Under the pieces are notes generated by a model. That model was not told the DNA's origin and searched no databases. It saw only the letters and a program-made list of their open reading frames with translations. This document shows, piece after piece, positions 32,009 to 42,083 of a stretch of 64,000 bases of DNA. How positions within the stretch are numbered: position 1 is the stretch's first letter; each line of letters opens with the position of its first letter. The translations under genes were made by a program, and so were the position numbers. Source of the stretch: Candidatus Cloacimonadales bacterium (GTDB lineage: Bacteria > Cloacimonadota > Cloacimonadia > Cloacimonadales > JAIOQZ01); assembly GCA_963662655.2 (NCBI GenBank), contig CAXXTU010000002.1, positions 288,001-352,000 on the forward strand, read 5' to 3'.

Positions 32009-32980
32009 TTATCTGTAATCAATAAAAACGATCATTTCGGTTGAGGGAGAGTAGAAAGGAAGATCGCCTTCGGCAAGGTTTCTTATATTCTCGCCGTCGA
32101 TATCAATCAAGCGGATATTTCCGGTATCTGCGAAAACAATGTGAGTTCCGTCGGGTGAGAGAGAAGGAAATTCTCCGTAACAGATGTCTTCGACTTCCTC
32201 TGAGGCGAGGTTCATCTTCATGATGCGCCCATTGCTGCTGAAAATCATTGATACCCCGTCGGGAGTATACAGCGGCGGTCTCAAGGAGTAGAAGTAACTG
32301 ATTTGCGTCCACTCGGAACCGTCGAGCTTGATTTTATACATTCCAGGATAAGCTCCCAGCAACGTATAATATATCCACTCGCCGTCCGGAGAAAAGACCG
32401 GATACAGGTACTTGTCGCCAATGCCGTTACTCAGGAGATTGAACGCAGAATCCGTTTGCCGATCGTAAACGCGCAGGAAGTGCGTCGAATCCGAGTTAAC
32501 AGCGCTATATACGATCTTTTCGTTGTTTGGCGAACAAGAAGAGTAGTACTGCTCGTCGTTATCGATTTGATCACTGATCAGTTCCGTGAAGCTTAGAGCC
32601 TGGAGATCGATAGTATAGATTCTCCTGTCCACATTGCTTGTAACAAGAAGCTTGTCCTCACCTGGAATACGGGTAGGCTGCTGGGTGAATAGTTCGCCTT
32701 CCGCAATTTCACCGAGCTCATCTCCCTCCGGGGATACGATCAGGCAGGTGTCGTCGCCGGTATACTGGATGAATATTCGCTCTCCCGTTTCATTGAAAAG
32801 CGCAAACGTCATTTTAAGAAAGCCGCCATACCATTTGATCTGAGTCTTGTTTGTGCCATCCGCATTGATCACGTACGCGTAATCCTTGTGCGTGATATTG
32901 TTATCATTGAAGTGGTCGCAACCGCTTATCAAAAAGATAGCGAGCATTAACAGCGTGAGATGAATGAAAATCTTCTTCAT
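32009..32980 (-). CDS. TolB-like/PD40 beta-propeller lipoprotein
   Basis: LISGC lipobox, repeated P.FSPDG motifs. Confidence 0.8.
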   Translation of the reverse strand: MKKIFIHLTLLMLAIFLISGCDHFNDNNITHKDYAYVINADGTNKTQIKWYGGFLKMTFALFNETGERIFIQYTGDDTCLIVSPEGDELGEIAEGELFTQQPTRIPGEDKLLVTSNVDRRIYTIDLQALSFTELISDQIDNDEQYYSSCSPNNEKIVYSAVNSDSTHFLRVYDRQTDSAFNLLSNGIGDKYLYPVFSPDGEWIYYTLLGAYPGMYKIKLDGSEWTQISYFYSLRPPLYTPDGVSMIFSSNGRIMKMNLASEEVEDICYGEFPSLSPDGTHIVFADTGNIRLIDIDGENIRNLAEGDLPFYSPSTEMIVFIDYR

Positions 32981-32996
32981 TTATCCTTCCGTATGC

Positions 32997-33914
32997 CTAG
33001 TCTTCTTCAGGATAGAAGCCTGCTGCGACGAGGAGCGTATCGCCTTCCACGATCGTTTTTCGCAGGAAGGTGATTTTCTTTACCGATACGTCCGACCCCG
33101 GTTTGGGCCAGAGGTATTCCTTCCACATCTCGTCTTGCGTCTTCATCGCTTCGATCTCGGCCTTCACGTGCTTCTGTCCGTCGGCATCCGTCAGATCGAA
33201 GATGTTCTTGCCTTCGTACTGTGGGAAGATAGGGTTCAGGAGTTCGAGGCCCTGCATGTTTTTGATGAAGATGTAGCTGTCCATGAATATGAATTTGCTA
33301 CTTTCCGTGCGCATCATGTCCATGGCTTTGAGTCCGTCTCTCTGGAGCAGCGTTACAGCATCATTCACTGCTTTATAAACGAAAGCCTTCTCAGGCTTCG
33401 GATCGTAGATTCCGCTTCCGGCAAGGACTTTTTCACCATTAGGCAGGGTAGCGCTTACGATGTAGGTTGCTTTCCAGACCGGATCCGTCTGTTCGGGGCG
33501 TGGCCACTGGTAAAACACCCAGCCCGAACCTTTATCTGCTTCAGCGATGATCATCTTGCCAATCGGCTTCCCATTCACGTCCTGGAGGTCCAGCATGCTC
33601 TTGCCTTCTCCCGATACGTCCGGTGGATACACATAGCGCATTCCGTCCATTCCCCACACAAAGATGTATTCGTCGCCGGTAAACCACTCGGAGCCTTCCT
33701 GGCGGAAAAACGGGTAGGCTTCCTCTCCTTTTTCCTCGATCAGTTTGGCCGCTTTGTCGACGAAATCGACCAGTTTCCGGGTTTGGGGATGCTGGTAGGT
33801 TATCTCTTCAGATTTCTGTGTTGCCGGTTCTGTATTTTCAGCCTTCTTGGCCGGTGTGCAGAACGTCAATAAGAGTACTGCGATTACACAAAATATTGTA
33901 AGAAAATAGCGCAT
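32997..33914 (-). CDS. stand-alone tandem Cache-domain protein
   Basis: Two Cache repeats (YIFV...D.NGK...GWV.Y.WP), signal/lipoprotein N-terminus. Confidence 0.85.
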   Translation of the reverse strand: MRYFLTIFCVIAVLLLTFCTPAKKAENTEPATQKSEEITYQHPQTRKLVDFVDKAAKLIEEKGEEAYPFFRQEGSEWFTGDEYIFVWGMDGMRYVYPPDVSGEGKSMLDLQDVNGKPIGKMIIAEADKGSGWVFYQWPRPEQTDPVWKATYIVSATLPNGEKVLAGSGIYDPKPEKAFVYKAVNDAVTLLQRDGLKAMDMMRTESSKFIFMDSYIFIKNMQGLELLNPIFPQYEGKNIFDLTDADGQKHVKAEIEAMKTQDEMWKEYLWPKPGSDVSVKKITFLRKTIVEGDTLLVAAGFYPEED

Positions 33915-34057
33915 AGATCCTCCTTCGTATCTTGATTTCATTTTAATGAACTGCGAGTATCCAGTCAAGAAAGCTCTTGCAGTTTACCGTAGATTTATGG
34001 AATGCTCACGAAATCATCAGAAAATGGAAGGAGTATGATTCTCAGAGTTATGCGTTA

Positions 34058-34996
34058 TCAGGAGTTCTTGATCTTGATTTTGTCCTTGGGACGATTGAGG
34101 TATTTCACCGGATTCAAAGCTTTTCCGTAATAGACGATCTCGTAGTGAAGATGTGGCCCGGTCGAGCGCCCTGTATTGCCCATCAGCCCGATAATCTGAC
34201 CTTTGGTCACTTTGTCCCCGACTTTCACAAGGTACTCGTCGAGATGCCCATAGACAGTCTTGTAGCCGTATGCGTGTTCGATTTCGATCATCTTGCCGAT
34301 GAGTTTTTTACGGACAACTTTTTTCACGGTTCCATCTGCGGTCGCATAGATCGGCGTACCGGTATCGTTGGCGATATCCAGTCCCTTGTGGTAATCCCGT
34401 CTCTTCGTGATCGGATGCGTGCGGTAGCCAAAACGTGTGGTTATTCGTCCGAACGTTGGGTATATGGTCGGTGTATGGCGGAAGATATCATCGCGCAGGC
34501 GAATATTGTCGGCCGCTTTCTGGTGTGTCTCGCGGTTATAAGCCGAGATTCGCCGTAGTTGCTGGATGTCTTTCTGGACTTCGTTGAAGTACGCGTTCTT
34601 CTGCAAATCGTTGGTATAGACATCCCTGGTCACGATAGGCATACCACCGGTACCGACCTTGCGGATATCTGCATCGATCGCGCTGAGATTGTTCTGCTGG
34701 CGAATACCGTCTTCCCATGCCATCATGATATCGAGTTTGTGACGTGCGTCGCCAGCTTGCTGCGAAAGTTCGTCTAATTGAGCTGAGTACGCTGTGTATT
34801 CGGCGTTGAGTTTCTTGTACAAACCGAGTTGGTTGAGGTTGTGGATATGGAAACCGAGACCAGCCAACATGGCGATGATGATGAACAGACCTGTATACAT
34901 AGCGACATTGAGAAATCCGGCCGGAAGGCTGAAATTATGCACTGTATCAGAATCGGTACGCTCTATATGAACGTGCAACTTTCTTTTTATAAGCAT
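34058..34996 (-). CDS. M23 family peptidase
   Basis: HKGLD and STGPHLHYE motifs. Confidence 0.92.
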   Translation of the reverse strand: MLIKRKLHVHIERTDSDTVHNFSLPAGFLNVAMYTGLFIIIAMLAGLGFHIHNLNQLGLYKKLNAEYTAYSAQLDELSQQAGDARHKLDIMMAWEDGIRQQNNLSAIDADIRKVGTGGMPIVTRDVYTNDLQKNAYFNEVQKDIQQLRRISAYNRETHQKAADNIRLRDDIFRHTPTIYPTFGRITTRFGYRTHPITKRRDYHKGLDIANDTGTPIYATADGTVKKVVRKKLIGKMIEIEHAYGYKTVYGHLDEYLVKVGDKVTKGQIIGLMGNTGRSTGPHLHYEIVYYGKALNPVKYLNRPKDKIKIKNS

Positions 34997-35141
34997 ATCT
35001 ATCCTTTTAGAAACAAAAAAAATATAATAAATCGCGACAATAATCCGTAATCGGGCTTTTCGTGTCAAGGTATTTCTTATCAAGCAGTTGTGCGTTTTGG
35101 GACGGAAAACAGGACGTGGATTCCCGATCGTGCAACGTGCA

Positions 35142-35258
35142 GCGCGCGGCGGCGGCGTGTGCGCTGCGCGCACTAACATGATGTAAAAAGCTTTCTTCAA
35201 GAAAGCTTTTTTACATCATGCCGAAAGCCCGAATGGGCTTTACGCCGCCCCCGCGCGC
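35142..35258. other. highly structured intergenic element (four-way junction)
   Basis: 17-bp outer stem enclosing three inverted repeats, including a 44-bp near-perfect palindrome. Confidence 0.7.
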
Positions 35259-35341
35259 GGTTGGTGCTTACCCGGAGTTAGCTGTGCGATTTCCTTTGAC
35301 AAAATAGAAGTATCTGGACGATGTTTATCTGCGAGGAAACT

Positions 35342-36430
35342 ATGAAGAACATGTGCTTTGTCTTAGCTCTGATTATCGTAAGCGTCGTATCCAGCTGGGC
35401 GCAGCCTGTATCTGCCGCCGATTCAACCGATGTGGTCGCCGTTGATAGCCTGGAAACCGACGTTGTTAAAACAGTCAAAATCGTTGGGGTTGGCGACGTG
35501 ATGCCCGGTAGCGATTTCCCCGACAGAAAGAAGTTCCCTGCCAACGGTGGCAAGAACCTTATTCAGCCGGAGCTGGAAGAGATAATCCGCAACGCCGACG
35601 TTGCCTTCTGCAATCTTGAAGGCTCCGTTGCCGACGGCTTGCCCACGAAAGAGGGCAAGAAGTACGCCTTCAGAATCCCCTCGTCGCTGGCGGCAAACCT
35701 CGCAACCTGGGGTTTCGATCTTGTTTCCATGGCGAACAACCACGCCGGAGACTGCGAGGAAGAAGGCCGACAGAGCACCATAAAAGCGCTGGATGAGCTC
35801 GGACTCACGTATTCAGGCTCTAAGCTCACGCCAGCAGGCGTGACGCTCGAACGCGATGGGATCGAATACGGCTTTATTGCGGTAGCGCCCAACAAGGGTT
35901 GTCACAACTTCCATAACACCGACTTGATCAATCGGGAAATTCGGAGCCTCGACGAGAAATGCGATATTGTCATCGTTTCCATTCACGGAGGCGCGGAGGG
36001 TAAAGGCGCGGAGCACCTTACCAGGGAAGTAGAGACCTACATGGGTGAAAATCGCGGCAATATCTACGAATTGGCGCATGGCTTCATCGACAGCGGAGCG
36101 GATATCGTCTTCGGGCATGGACCGCACGTTACGCGCGCCATCGAATGCTATCAAGGACGATTGATCGCGTATAGCCTGGGCAACTTCTGCACGCACGGGG
36201 GCTTCAATCTCGAGGGCGTGAACGGAATCGCGCCACTGCTCATCGTGGAAGTGGATCGCGCAGGGAAGCTTGTTTCGGGCGAGATCGTTTCGATCAGGCA
36301 AAACTGGCCGGGCGGTCCGGTTCTCGATGGGAACGTGCGCGTGCTTCATCGCATAATGGAATTGACTGAGCAAGACCTCGATGGGGGGGGATTGGAGTTC
36401 AGAGGGAAATTCTTCTTCCCCGCCGAATAA
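35342..36430 (+). CDS. CapA/PGA_cap family metallophosphatase-fold protein
   Basis: VGDVM, NLE, ANNH, HGPHV, YSLGNF. Confidence 0.9.
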   Translation: MKNMCFVLALIIVSVVSSWAQPVSAADSTDVVAVDSLETDVVKTVKIVGVGDVMPGSDFPDRKKFPANGGKNLIQPELEEIIRNADVAFCNLEGSVADGLPTKEGKKYAFRIPSSLAANLATWGFDLVSMANNHAGDCEEEGRQSTIKALDELGLTYSGSKLTPAGVTLERDGIEYGFIAVAPNKGCHNFHNTDLINREIRSLDEKCDIVIVSIHGGAEGKGAEHLTREVETYMGENRGNIYELAHGFIDSGADIVFGHGPHVTRAIECYQGRLIAYSLGNFCTHGGFNLEGVNGIAPLLIVEVDRAGKLVSGEIVSIRQNWPGGPVLDGNVRVLHRIMELTEQDLDGGGLEFRGKFFFPAE

Positions 36431-36436
36431 TCGATT

Positions 36437-38065
36437 CTAAGACTTTTCTGGAAGATAGAAGGAAAACGTACTGCCTTTCCCAACCTCGCTTTCAACCCAG
36501 ATTTCACCGCCGTGCTTCTGGATGATCTGCCGTGTCATGGCCAGCCCGATCCCAATACCACCCGTCTTGCGTTCGTTGATTGACCCGAGCTGCTGGAATT
36601 GCTGGAAGAGATTGCTGATCTCACTCTCGGGAATGCCGCTTCCGGTGTCCTCAACCGAAACCTTCATTCCGGCACCGTCGCATTCCGTGATGATACGAAT
36701 GTACCCCGACTGCGTGAAGGTCGCCGCGTTCTCGTACAAGTTCATGAATCCCTTGGCGATCCAGTCCGCGTTCAGGTTGACCGGTATGGCGTCCGAACAG
36801 AGATCCATGTACAGGGTGATCTCTTTTCCTTTGATCAACTGCTCCATGTCCGGCCTCAGGTTCTTGATGATCTGATTGATGCTGTAACGCTGCATCTCCA
36901 GCTTGCCGGAGATCAGGTCCAAGCTGCGGAAATCCAGAATGCGAGTAACAATCGCATTGAGGCGTTTCGCATTGTCTCTAATGTGTACGCCGATCTCAAT
37001 CTGCTCTTCGTTCATCTCGCCCAAATCCTGATCGATCAATAGCGATATCCCGTCACTGATGACCGTAAGCGGAGTGCGGAGCTCGTGACTGATAGCCGCG
37101 ATGAAGAACTCTTTCATGTCGAGGAGTTCTTTCACGTGGATATCGGATTTGATGCTTTCCGATAGGTTGAGATACAGCTCGCCAATGAGCCTGAGGAGTG
37201 AGAAGTTGTTCTGCCAGTTCCGCTTGATCGGATCCTTGAATAGAATGGCAATGTATCCTTGCAGCTCGTTCTTGAGAAACATGGGAATTGCGATAAAGCC
37301 TTTAATTTTCCATGATTGCATCAGCACCAGGATTTCTGGTCGCTGGATTATCTCGATGTTCGGATAGAATATTACCGGATTAAGCGAAAACTCCGACTGT
37401 AGCCAGCTATGGAACTCGATCCGGCGATCGTTTGGAATACGCTTCTCAAAGGATTCGATCTGGAGCAGATGCATGAGATCTGCGTTGTGGAACTCCAGAT
37501 GGAGTTCGTCGGCTCCGATCTTCTCGGTGATCTGCTTGAACGAGCTATTGACGTCCGGCATCAGGTCTTGAACATCGATGCGGAGCGATTGGGTCGATAT
37601 AGTAGTAAGGAGCTGTCCAAACTCCTGCAAGTAGACGATTTCCGCGGTTCGCTCCTGAACGGCGGTCTCGAGCAAGTTGGTGTAATCCTTCAAGCGAAGA
37701 GAATTCTCGACAGCCATCTTGAGCTCGTAAATTCCGAACGGCTTATGGAGAAAGTGTGCCACGCCGCGCTTGTAACATATTTCCAGCGTCTGATTATCGC
37801 CGGCTTGCGTCATGACGATAACGGCCCATGGATCCTTGTTGGAGAGGTCGATTGCTTCCAGGAATTCCAGTCCGCCCATCCGGGGCATGTTCATATCGAG
37901 GATGATTATATCGGGTTTCTGTTTGTTGAATTCTACCAGGCCTTCTTCACCGTTCGCTGCGAACGCAAAGGTGTACTCGGGTGAATCGAGTACTTCGTAG
38001 ATGATCTCGCGAATCGAATCATCGTCTTCAACAATCAATATTTGCTTGGTATCAGCCTCGTTCAT
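36437..38065 (-). CDS. hybrid response regulator-histidine kinase (REC-GAF-like-HisKA-HATPase)
   Basis: ILIVEDD...LDMNMP...KP, SHELRTP, DTGSGI, GIGIGL. Confidence 0.9.
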   Translation of the reverse strand: MNEADTKQILIVEDDDSIREIIYEVLDSPEYTFAFAANGEEGLVEFNKQKPDIIILDMNMPRMGGLEFLEAIDLSNKDPWAVIVMTQAGDNQTLEICYKRGVAHFLHKPFGIYELKMAVENSLRLKDYTNLLETAVQERTAEIVYLQEFGQLLTTISTQSLRIDVQDLMPDVNSSFKQITEKIGADELHLEFHNADLMHLLQIESFEKRIPNDRRIEFHSWLQSEFSLNPVIFYPNIEIIQRPEILVLMQSWKIKGFIAIPMFLKNELQGYIAILFKDPIKRNWQNNFSLLRLIGELYLNLSESIKSDIHVKELLDMKEFFIAAISHELRTPLTVISDGISLLIDQDLGEMNEEQIEIGVHIRDNAKRLNAIVTRILDFRSLDLISGKLEMQRYSINQIIKNLRPDMEQLIKGKEITLYMDLCSDAIPVNLNADWIAKGFMNLYENAATFTQSGYIRIITECDGAGMKVSVEDTGSGIPESEISNLFQQFQQLGSINERKTGGIGIGLAMTRQIIQKHGGEIWVESEVGKGSTFSFYLPEKS

Positions 38066-38089
38066 ATCGCACCACCGCTTCGCTAGCGC

Positions 38090-40036
38090 TTACGATTTGC
38101 CTTTCAGGTTTGAAAGCAGCTCGTTAACGGTATTCATTTTCTCGTAATTCGATTGTTTGGAAAGCGTCTCCAGTTCTTCGATAGCCTGCTTCTTTCGATC
38201 GAGCTTGATATAAGTCATCGCGAGCCGCAGGCGGGCGTCGGACACCTTGTGCGAATCAGGATATTTTGCAATAACGTTGCTGAAGAACTCCGCACTCTGC
38301 GCAAAGTCCTCCCGCGTGAATTTAATCTCTCCCAGCCAGTAATTGACATTGGGCGCGAGATAGTGCTTGGGGTCCATGGTCAGAAGTTCCTGGAACAACC
38401 TCTCTGCCTTCAGCGGATCCCCCGTCCAGAGCTGGTTCAATGCGTCGTCGTATATTTGCTTGTATGTTCGGGTCGTTTCAGCATTGTTTTTCTTCTCTTC
38501 TTCTTTCTTTGGTGGTTGAGCAGGTTTGTCTGTGCTTTTTTCCTCAACCTTTTTATCAGCAGGCGCTTGCTTTGGCTTTTCCTTTACCGTGGGTTGCTTT
38601 GGTTCAGGCTTCTTCGGCTCAGGCTGCTTTGTCTCTTTCGCTGGCTCGGGCTTAACCTTGGTAATGGGTTTCTCAGCAGCTTTTTGAGGCGCAGGCGGAA
38701 CCGGCTTGATTTCCTTGCCCTGATACGGTTTCAGATTCTCCATGAGAACTGTTTCCAGGTGCAGGCTGTATCCTTCTCGGTCAGCAGCCATGAGTTTGGC
38801 GTAATTAATACTGACACTACAGCCGAGGATGTGCTTGTCCAGCTCGCGAAGCAGATTCAGGAACGTTCCGCGAATCTGGTTCACGTAGGGACGGTTGGCA
38901 GCGTTGAGCAGCACGAGGTTTTCGTCCGGCGGTGCGATCAGTTCACCCTTCTTGTTGATGTAGCCGGTTTGTACCAGCTCATTGAACACGACTGAGACGG
39001 TAACTTTTCGCTGCTGTGCGACAGAATTGAAATCTTCCGGTTTAAGCTTGGTTTTGGGTATGATGAATACCTTCGCTACGATGAATTTCTCGCGCAGGCT
39101 GAATTCTTTACGGAACTCTTCCAGCAGGTAATCGCTTTCACGGAAAATTTGTCTGATGATACCACGATAGGAATATCCATCGTTGAACATGACCTTCACG
39201 TATGTTCCTGGGCGTACATATCGACGGTAGCGGAAGGCGAAGTAGGTTACGACGAAGCGGTCGTTCGTGTTGGCGAGTGTCAGGATCGTTTCGGTTTCAT
39301 TCACCGTCTCGTATTGCGTCTTTTTCACCGTTGAAACGATGCCGTCGTGGTTCGCGATGAGATAGCGATCTCCGTGTGATCCGCCGCCACCGGTGTGCTG
39401 TACCACGGTCTTTTCGCTTCCTGTGGTTTGCAGGTTTTTAATCAGTAGGCGCTCGTACTGGATGCTCTTGTTGATTTTCTGAAGTTTGAATTGCGCTTCC
39501 TCCACCTTCTCCTTGTACTTCTTCAATTCGGAAGTGGTCAGGAGTTCCTTACGATAGAGCTCGCGAGCTTTATCGAGCTCTTTCTGCACATTCAGAAGCT
39601 CTTCGTCGTACCGGTTCTTCTCCAGCCGAAGAAGCTGCAAGTCTTTCTGGGCATCGAGTATCTTGCTTTCATCGCGTTGGGAAGCGCTGGGCGTTCGCTG
39701 CACCGTGGTGTAGCCTCCACCATACGCGGCGTCTTCGTAGTCGACCACCACGAGCGTGTCGCCCCGCTGGATTTCCTGGTTTCGTACCACGTTAATCTGC
39801 TCGATGCGAGCCGGTTCCACGGTGGCGATATTCGTTTCATGCGCCGTGAAAACGCCCATTCCCTTGACGAAGAAAATCCGGTTGATCAGGTAATACAGTG
39901 CGAAAAGCACAAGCGCGATGATGATCGCGAAATAGATCAACTTGCCCAGGGTGATTTTGCGTCTTCTAGGTGGCTCCAGCTTCGATAACGCTTCCGAGTG
40001 ATCGACTAAATCATTGCCGCTTTTTCTCAAATTCAT
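38090..40036 (-). CDS. HlyD-like membrane-fusion protein fused to a CpoB/YbgF-like TPR domain
   Basis: N-terminal TM, lipoyl-like halves around a coiled coil, P/K/E linker, YWLGE...YPDSHK..DA TPR. Confidence 0.75.
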   Translation of the reverse strand: MNLRKSGNDLVDHSEALSKLEPPRRRKITLGKLIYFAIIIALVLFALYYLINRIFFVKGMGVFTAHETNIATVEPARIEQINVVRNQEIQRGDTLVVVDYEDAAYGGGYTTVQRTPSASQRDESKILDAQKDLQLLRLEKNRYDEELLNVQKELDKARELYRKELLTTSELKKYKEKVEEAQFKLQKINKSIQYERLLIKNLQTTGSEKTVVQHTGGGGSHGDRYLIANHDGIVSTVKKTQYETVNETETILTLANTNDRFVVTYFAFRYRRYVRPGTYVKVMFNDGYSYRGIIRQIFRESDYLLEEFRKEFSLREKFIVAKVFIIPKTKLKPEDFNSVAQQRKVTVSVVFNELVQTGYINKKGELIAPPDENLVLLNAANRPYVNQIRGTFLNLLRELDKHILGCSVSINYAKLMAADREGYSLHLETVLMENLKPYQGKEIKPVPPAPQKAAEKPITKVKPEPAKETKQPEPKKPEPKQPTVKEKPKQAPADKKVEEKSTDKPAQPPKKEEEKKNNAETTRTYKQIYDDALNQLWTGDPLKAERLFQELLTMDPKHYLAPNVNYWLGEIKFTREDFAQSAEFFSNVIAKYPDSHKVSDARLRLAMTYIKLDRKKQAIEELETLSKQSNYEKMNTVNELLSNLKGKS

Positions 40037-42083
40037 CGTTTCGTACCCTTATATGAATTAGGTTGTTATAGTCATGGAACGCCATTCCGCGGAAGCTACT
40101 GAAAATCGAGAGTTTGTTACGCAACATTTCAGCGCTTTCCTGCATCTGGTCTTTATCATCAAACTTGTTAACATCGATACCGACGATGATGGGCAGTCCC
40201 AGCTCCTCGGAATCGCTCATCTCGTCGTACACTTTAATCAGAATATCTTCCAGTGATTGCTGGTACGCCATGAGAGTGACCTCATCGACATACGGCGCGA
40301 TATTTTTTAAAAACACATGATCGACTTCATCGATGTAGGGGGCAAGGTCGAGCTCGATGCGGGTTTGTCCGCCGATCATGCGTTTGACGTATTGCATGGT
40401 GTCAAACAGCATTCTGATGGCCGTAATTTTATCCGTGTCCCACACTTCGAGGCCCTGCGGCTCGATGTCGAAATGGATACCGTCGATCTTCTCGTCGTCT
40501 TTTGCTACCGCGTTGTATTTGATAATCTTATCGATACGCTGGCCCATCGACTGGCGTTTGCTTGGCATGAGCCAGGTGTTTTCCGAGAGGAGCGCGCTGA
40601 TCTGGATTTTATTACGGTGCAATTCTCTGATCAGATTCAGCAGGTCGCCGGAGTTACTATCGAGACGCGACATAACGGTAATCGAGAATGAGAAGAACAC
40701 GCGATTGATTTTGTTGCGGATGCAGGACTGGACGAAATCCCGTGTCTTGCCGGCAGAGAGGATTTCTTCCGAATTCCATACCCAAACCGCGTTGGTGAGA
40801 TTTTCATCGAAGCTCGCCTGCCTTTTCTCGAAGATGGAGAGCGGCAGGAATGTGGCGTATGCAAGCGACATGATCGATCGCTCCAGTTGCATACGACCAA
40901 TCTCGTATTCGATCTTTGCCTGCTGGAAATCGAGCTGGGCCTTGTGCTCGTCCCAAGATTTCCAATCTTCTGTTCGGATGGAGGCGATCTTCAGTCGTTC
41001 GAGGGCGATATCCATCTCGATGCGAAGGTAGTCGATGTCCTTGCTCTTCGATTCACAATCGCCGTACATGCTGATCAGATCGTCGATGTTTTCTTCCAAG
41101 CGCTCATGGTTGTCGATTTCGGTGAACCGCAGAGAGGTTTGACGCAAGCGTCTGTTGTGATCTGGGAAGGTGAGAAGCGAGAGCGGGAAATTGATTCGCA
41201 CGCCTGCTTCGAGGTTGTCGCGGGTGTCCCCCGCCCCGTACTCGTACCAATTGTAGCCCCCGTAGACGGTCAGGCTGATGTCCCGCAGGGAGTTGTAGCG
41301 ATACTTGTCGATCGCTTCGGCGTACTTGAGCTGCCGTTCGCCACGGGTGTTGTAGTAGCTGTAGAGGCTGTCGAGCAATGCTTCGAACGGTGGGAGCGTA
41401 TGGTAGGTCGCGTACGGCTCGAAGGGAATGTCGTTCGAGATGAGTCCGTACTTCGCCGCGAACAGGTCGAGCGTCGTTTCGAACTGGCTCGAGTAGTCGT
41501 TCTTGCGCGAGTTGATCTTCTCGATGTCCCGGCTCGATTTCACGAAATCATCTCGCCGGACTTCTCCGAAGTAGTAGCGACGCTTGATCTTGTCGAATTT
41601 TTTTGATGAAATCGAATCGAGCAGCGAATAGGCCTCCGCCTGCTGCTTGAGGATGAGAAGCTTCAGGTATTCGTCCATGACCCCGGCTTCGCGACGGCGC
41701 ACGAGTTCTTCGATGCGATCCGCGAGCCTGGCTTTTTCGTTTTTCTTCTTATCGACCTCGGCAGGTGTTGTGACGAAGGTTGTCGTCAGGTCCTGCTGGA
41801 GCGTAAGCGATGAACGGGAACGGGTTCTCTCGTCTCCGATCTCGTCTTCCATGTATTCGAGGAAGTTCCGTTTGTAGTTGAAATTCAGCTCGGGACTGTA
41901 CTGGTGGCGGGTCGCGTCGATCTCGTAGTCGATCCGCTCCATCTCCGCCTGCAAGCGTTGAATCTGGAGATCGTTCTCCACGACCTTCTTCTTCAGCTCC
42001 TGCAGGAATGTCGATTGCCCGAACAGGCATGTCGCTGTTAGAATAACAATTATCGAAAACACAATGTGTTTCTTGATTACCAT
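40011..42083 (-). CDS. TolC-like outer-membrane protein fused to a glycoside-hydrolase-like TIM barrel
   Basis: Signal peptide from MVIKKH (42083), two OEP-like repeats, C-terminal VWVW...DGIHFDIEP...LMAY. Confidence 0.65.
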   Translation of the reverse strand: MVIKKHIVFSIIVILTATCLFGQSTFLQELKKKVVENDLQIQRLQAEMERIDYEIDATRHQYSPELNFNYKRNFLEYMEDEIGDERTRSRSSLTLQQDLTTTFVTTPAEVDKKKNEKARLADRIEELVRRREAGVMDEYLKLLILKQQAEAYSLLDSISSKKFDKIKRRYYFGEVRRDDFVKSSRDIEKINSRKNDYSSQFETTLDLFAAKYGLISNDIPFEPYATYHTLPPFEALLDSLYSYYNTRGERQLKYAEAIDKYRYNSLRDISLTVYGGYNWYEYGAGDTRDNLEAGVRINFPLSLLTFPDHNRRLRQTSLRFTEIDNHERLEENIDDLISMYGDCESKSKDIDYLRIEMDIALERLKIASIRTEDWKSWDEHKAQLDFQQAKIEYEIGRMQLERSIMSLAYATFLPLSIFEKRQASFDENLTNAVWVWNSEEILSAGKTRDFVQSCIRNKINRVFFSFSITVMSRLDSNSGDLLNLIRELHRNKIQISALLSENTWLMPSKRQSMGQRIDKIIKYNAVAKDDEKIDGIHFDIEPQGLEVWDTDKITAIRMLFDTMQYVKRMIGGQTRIELDLAPYIDEVDHVFLKNIAPYVDEVTLMAYQQSLEDILIKVYDEMSDSEELGLPIIVGIDVNKFDDKDQMQESAEMLRNKLSIFSSFRGMAFHDYNNLIHIRVRNDEFEKKRQ

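Noticed and set aside
36383..36390. G8 tract in the CapA-family gene as a phase-variation site
   Set aside because: Short, in frame and only ~13 codons from the stop.
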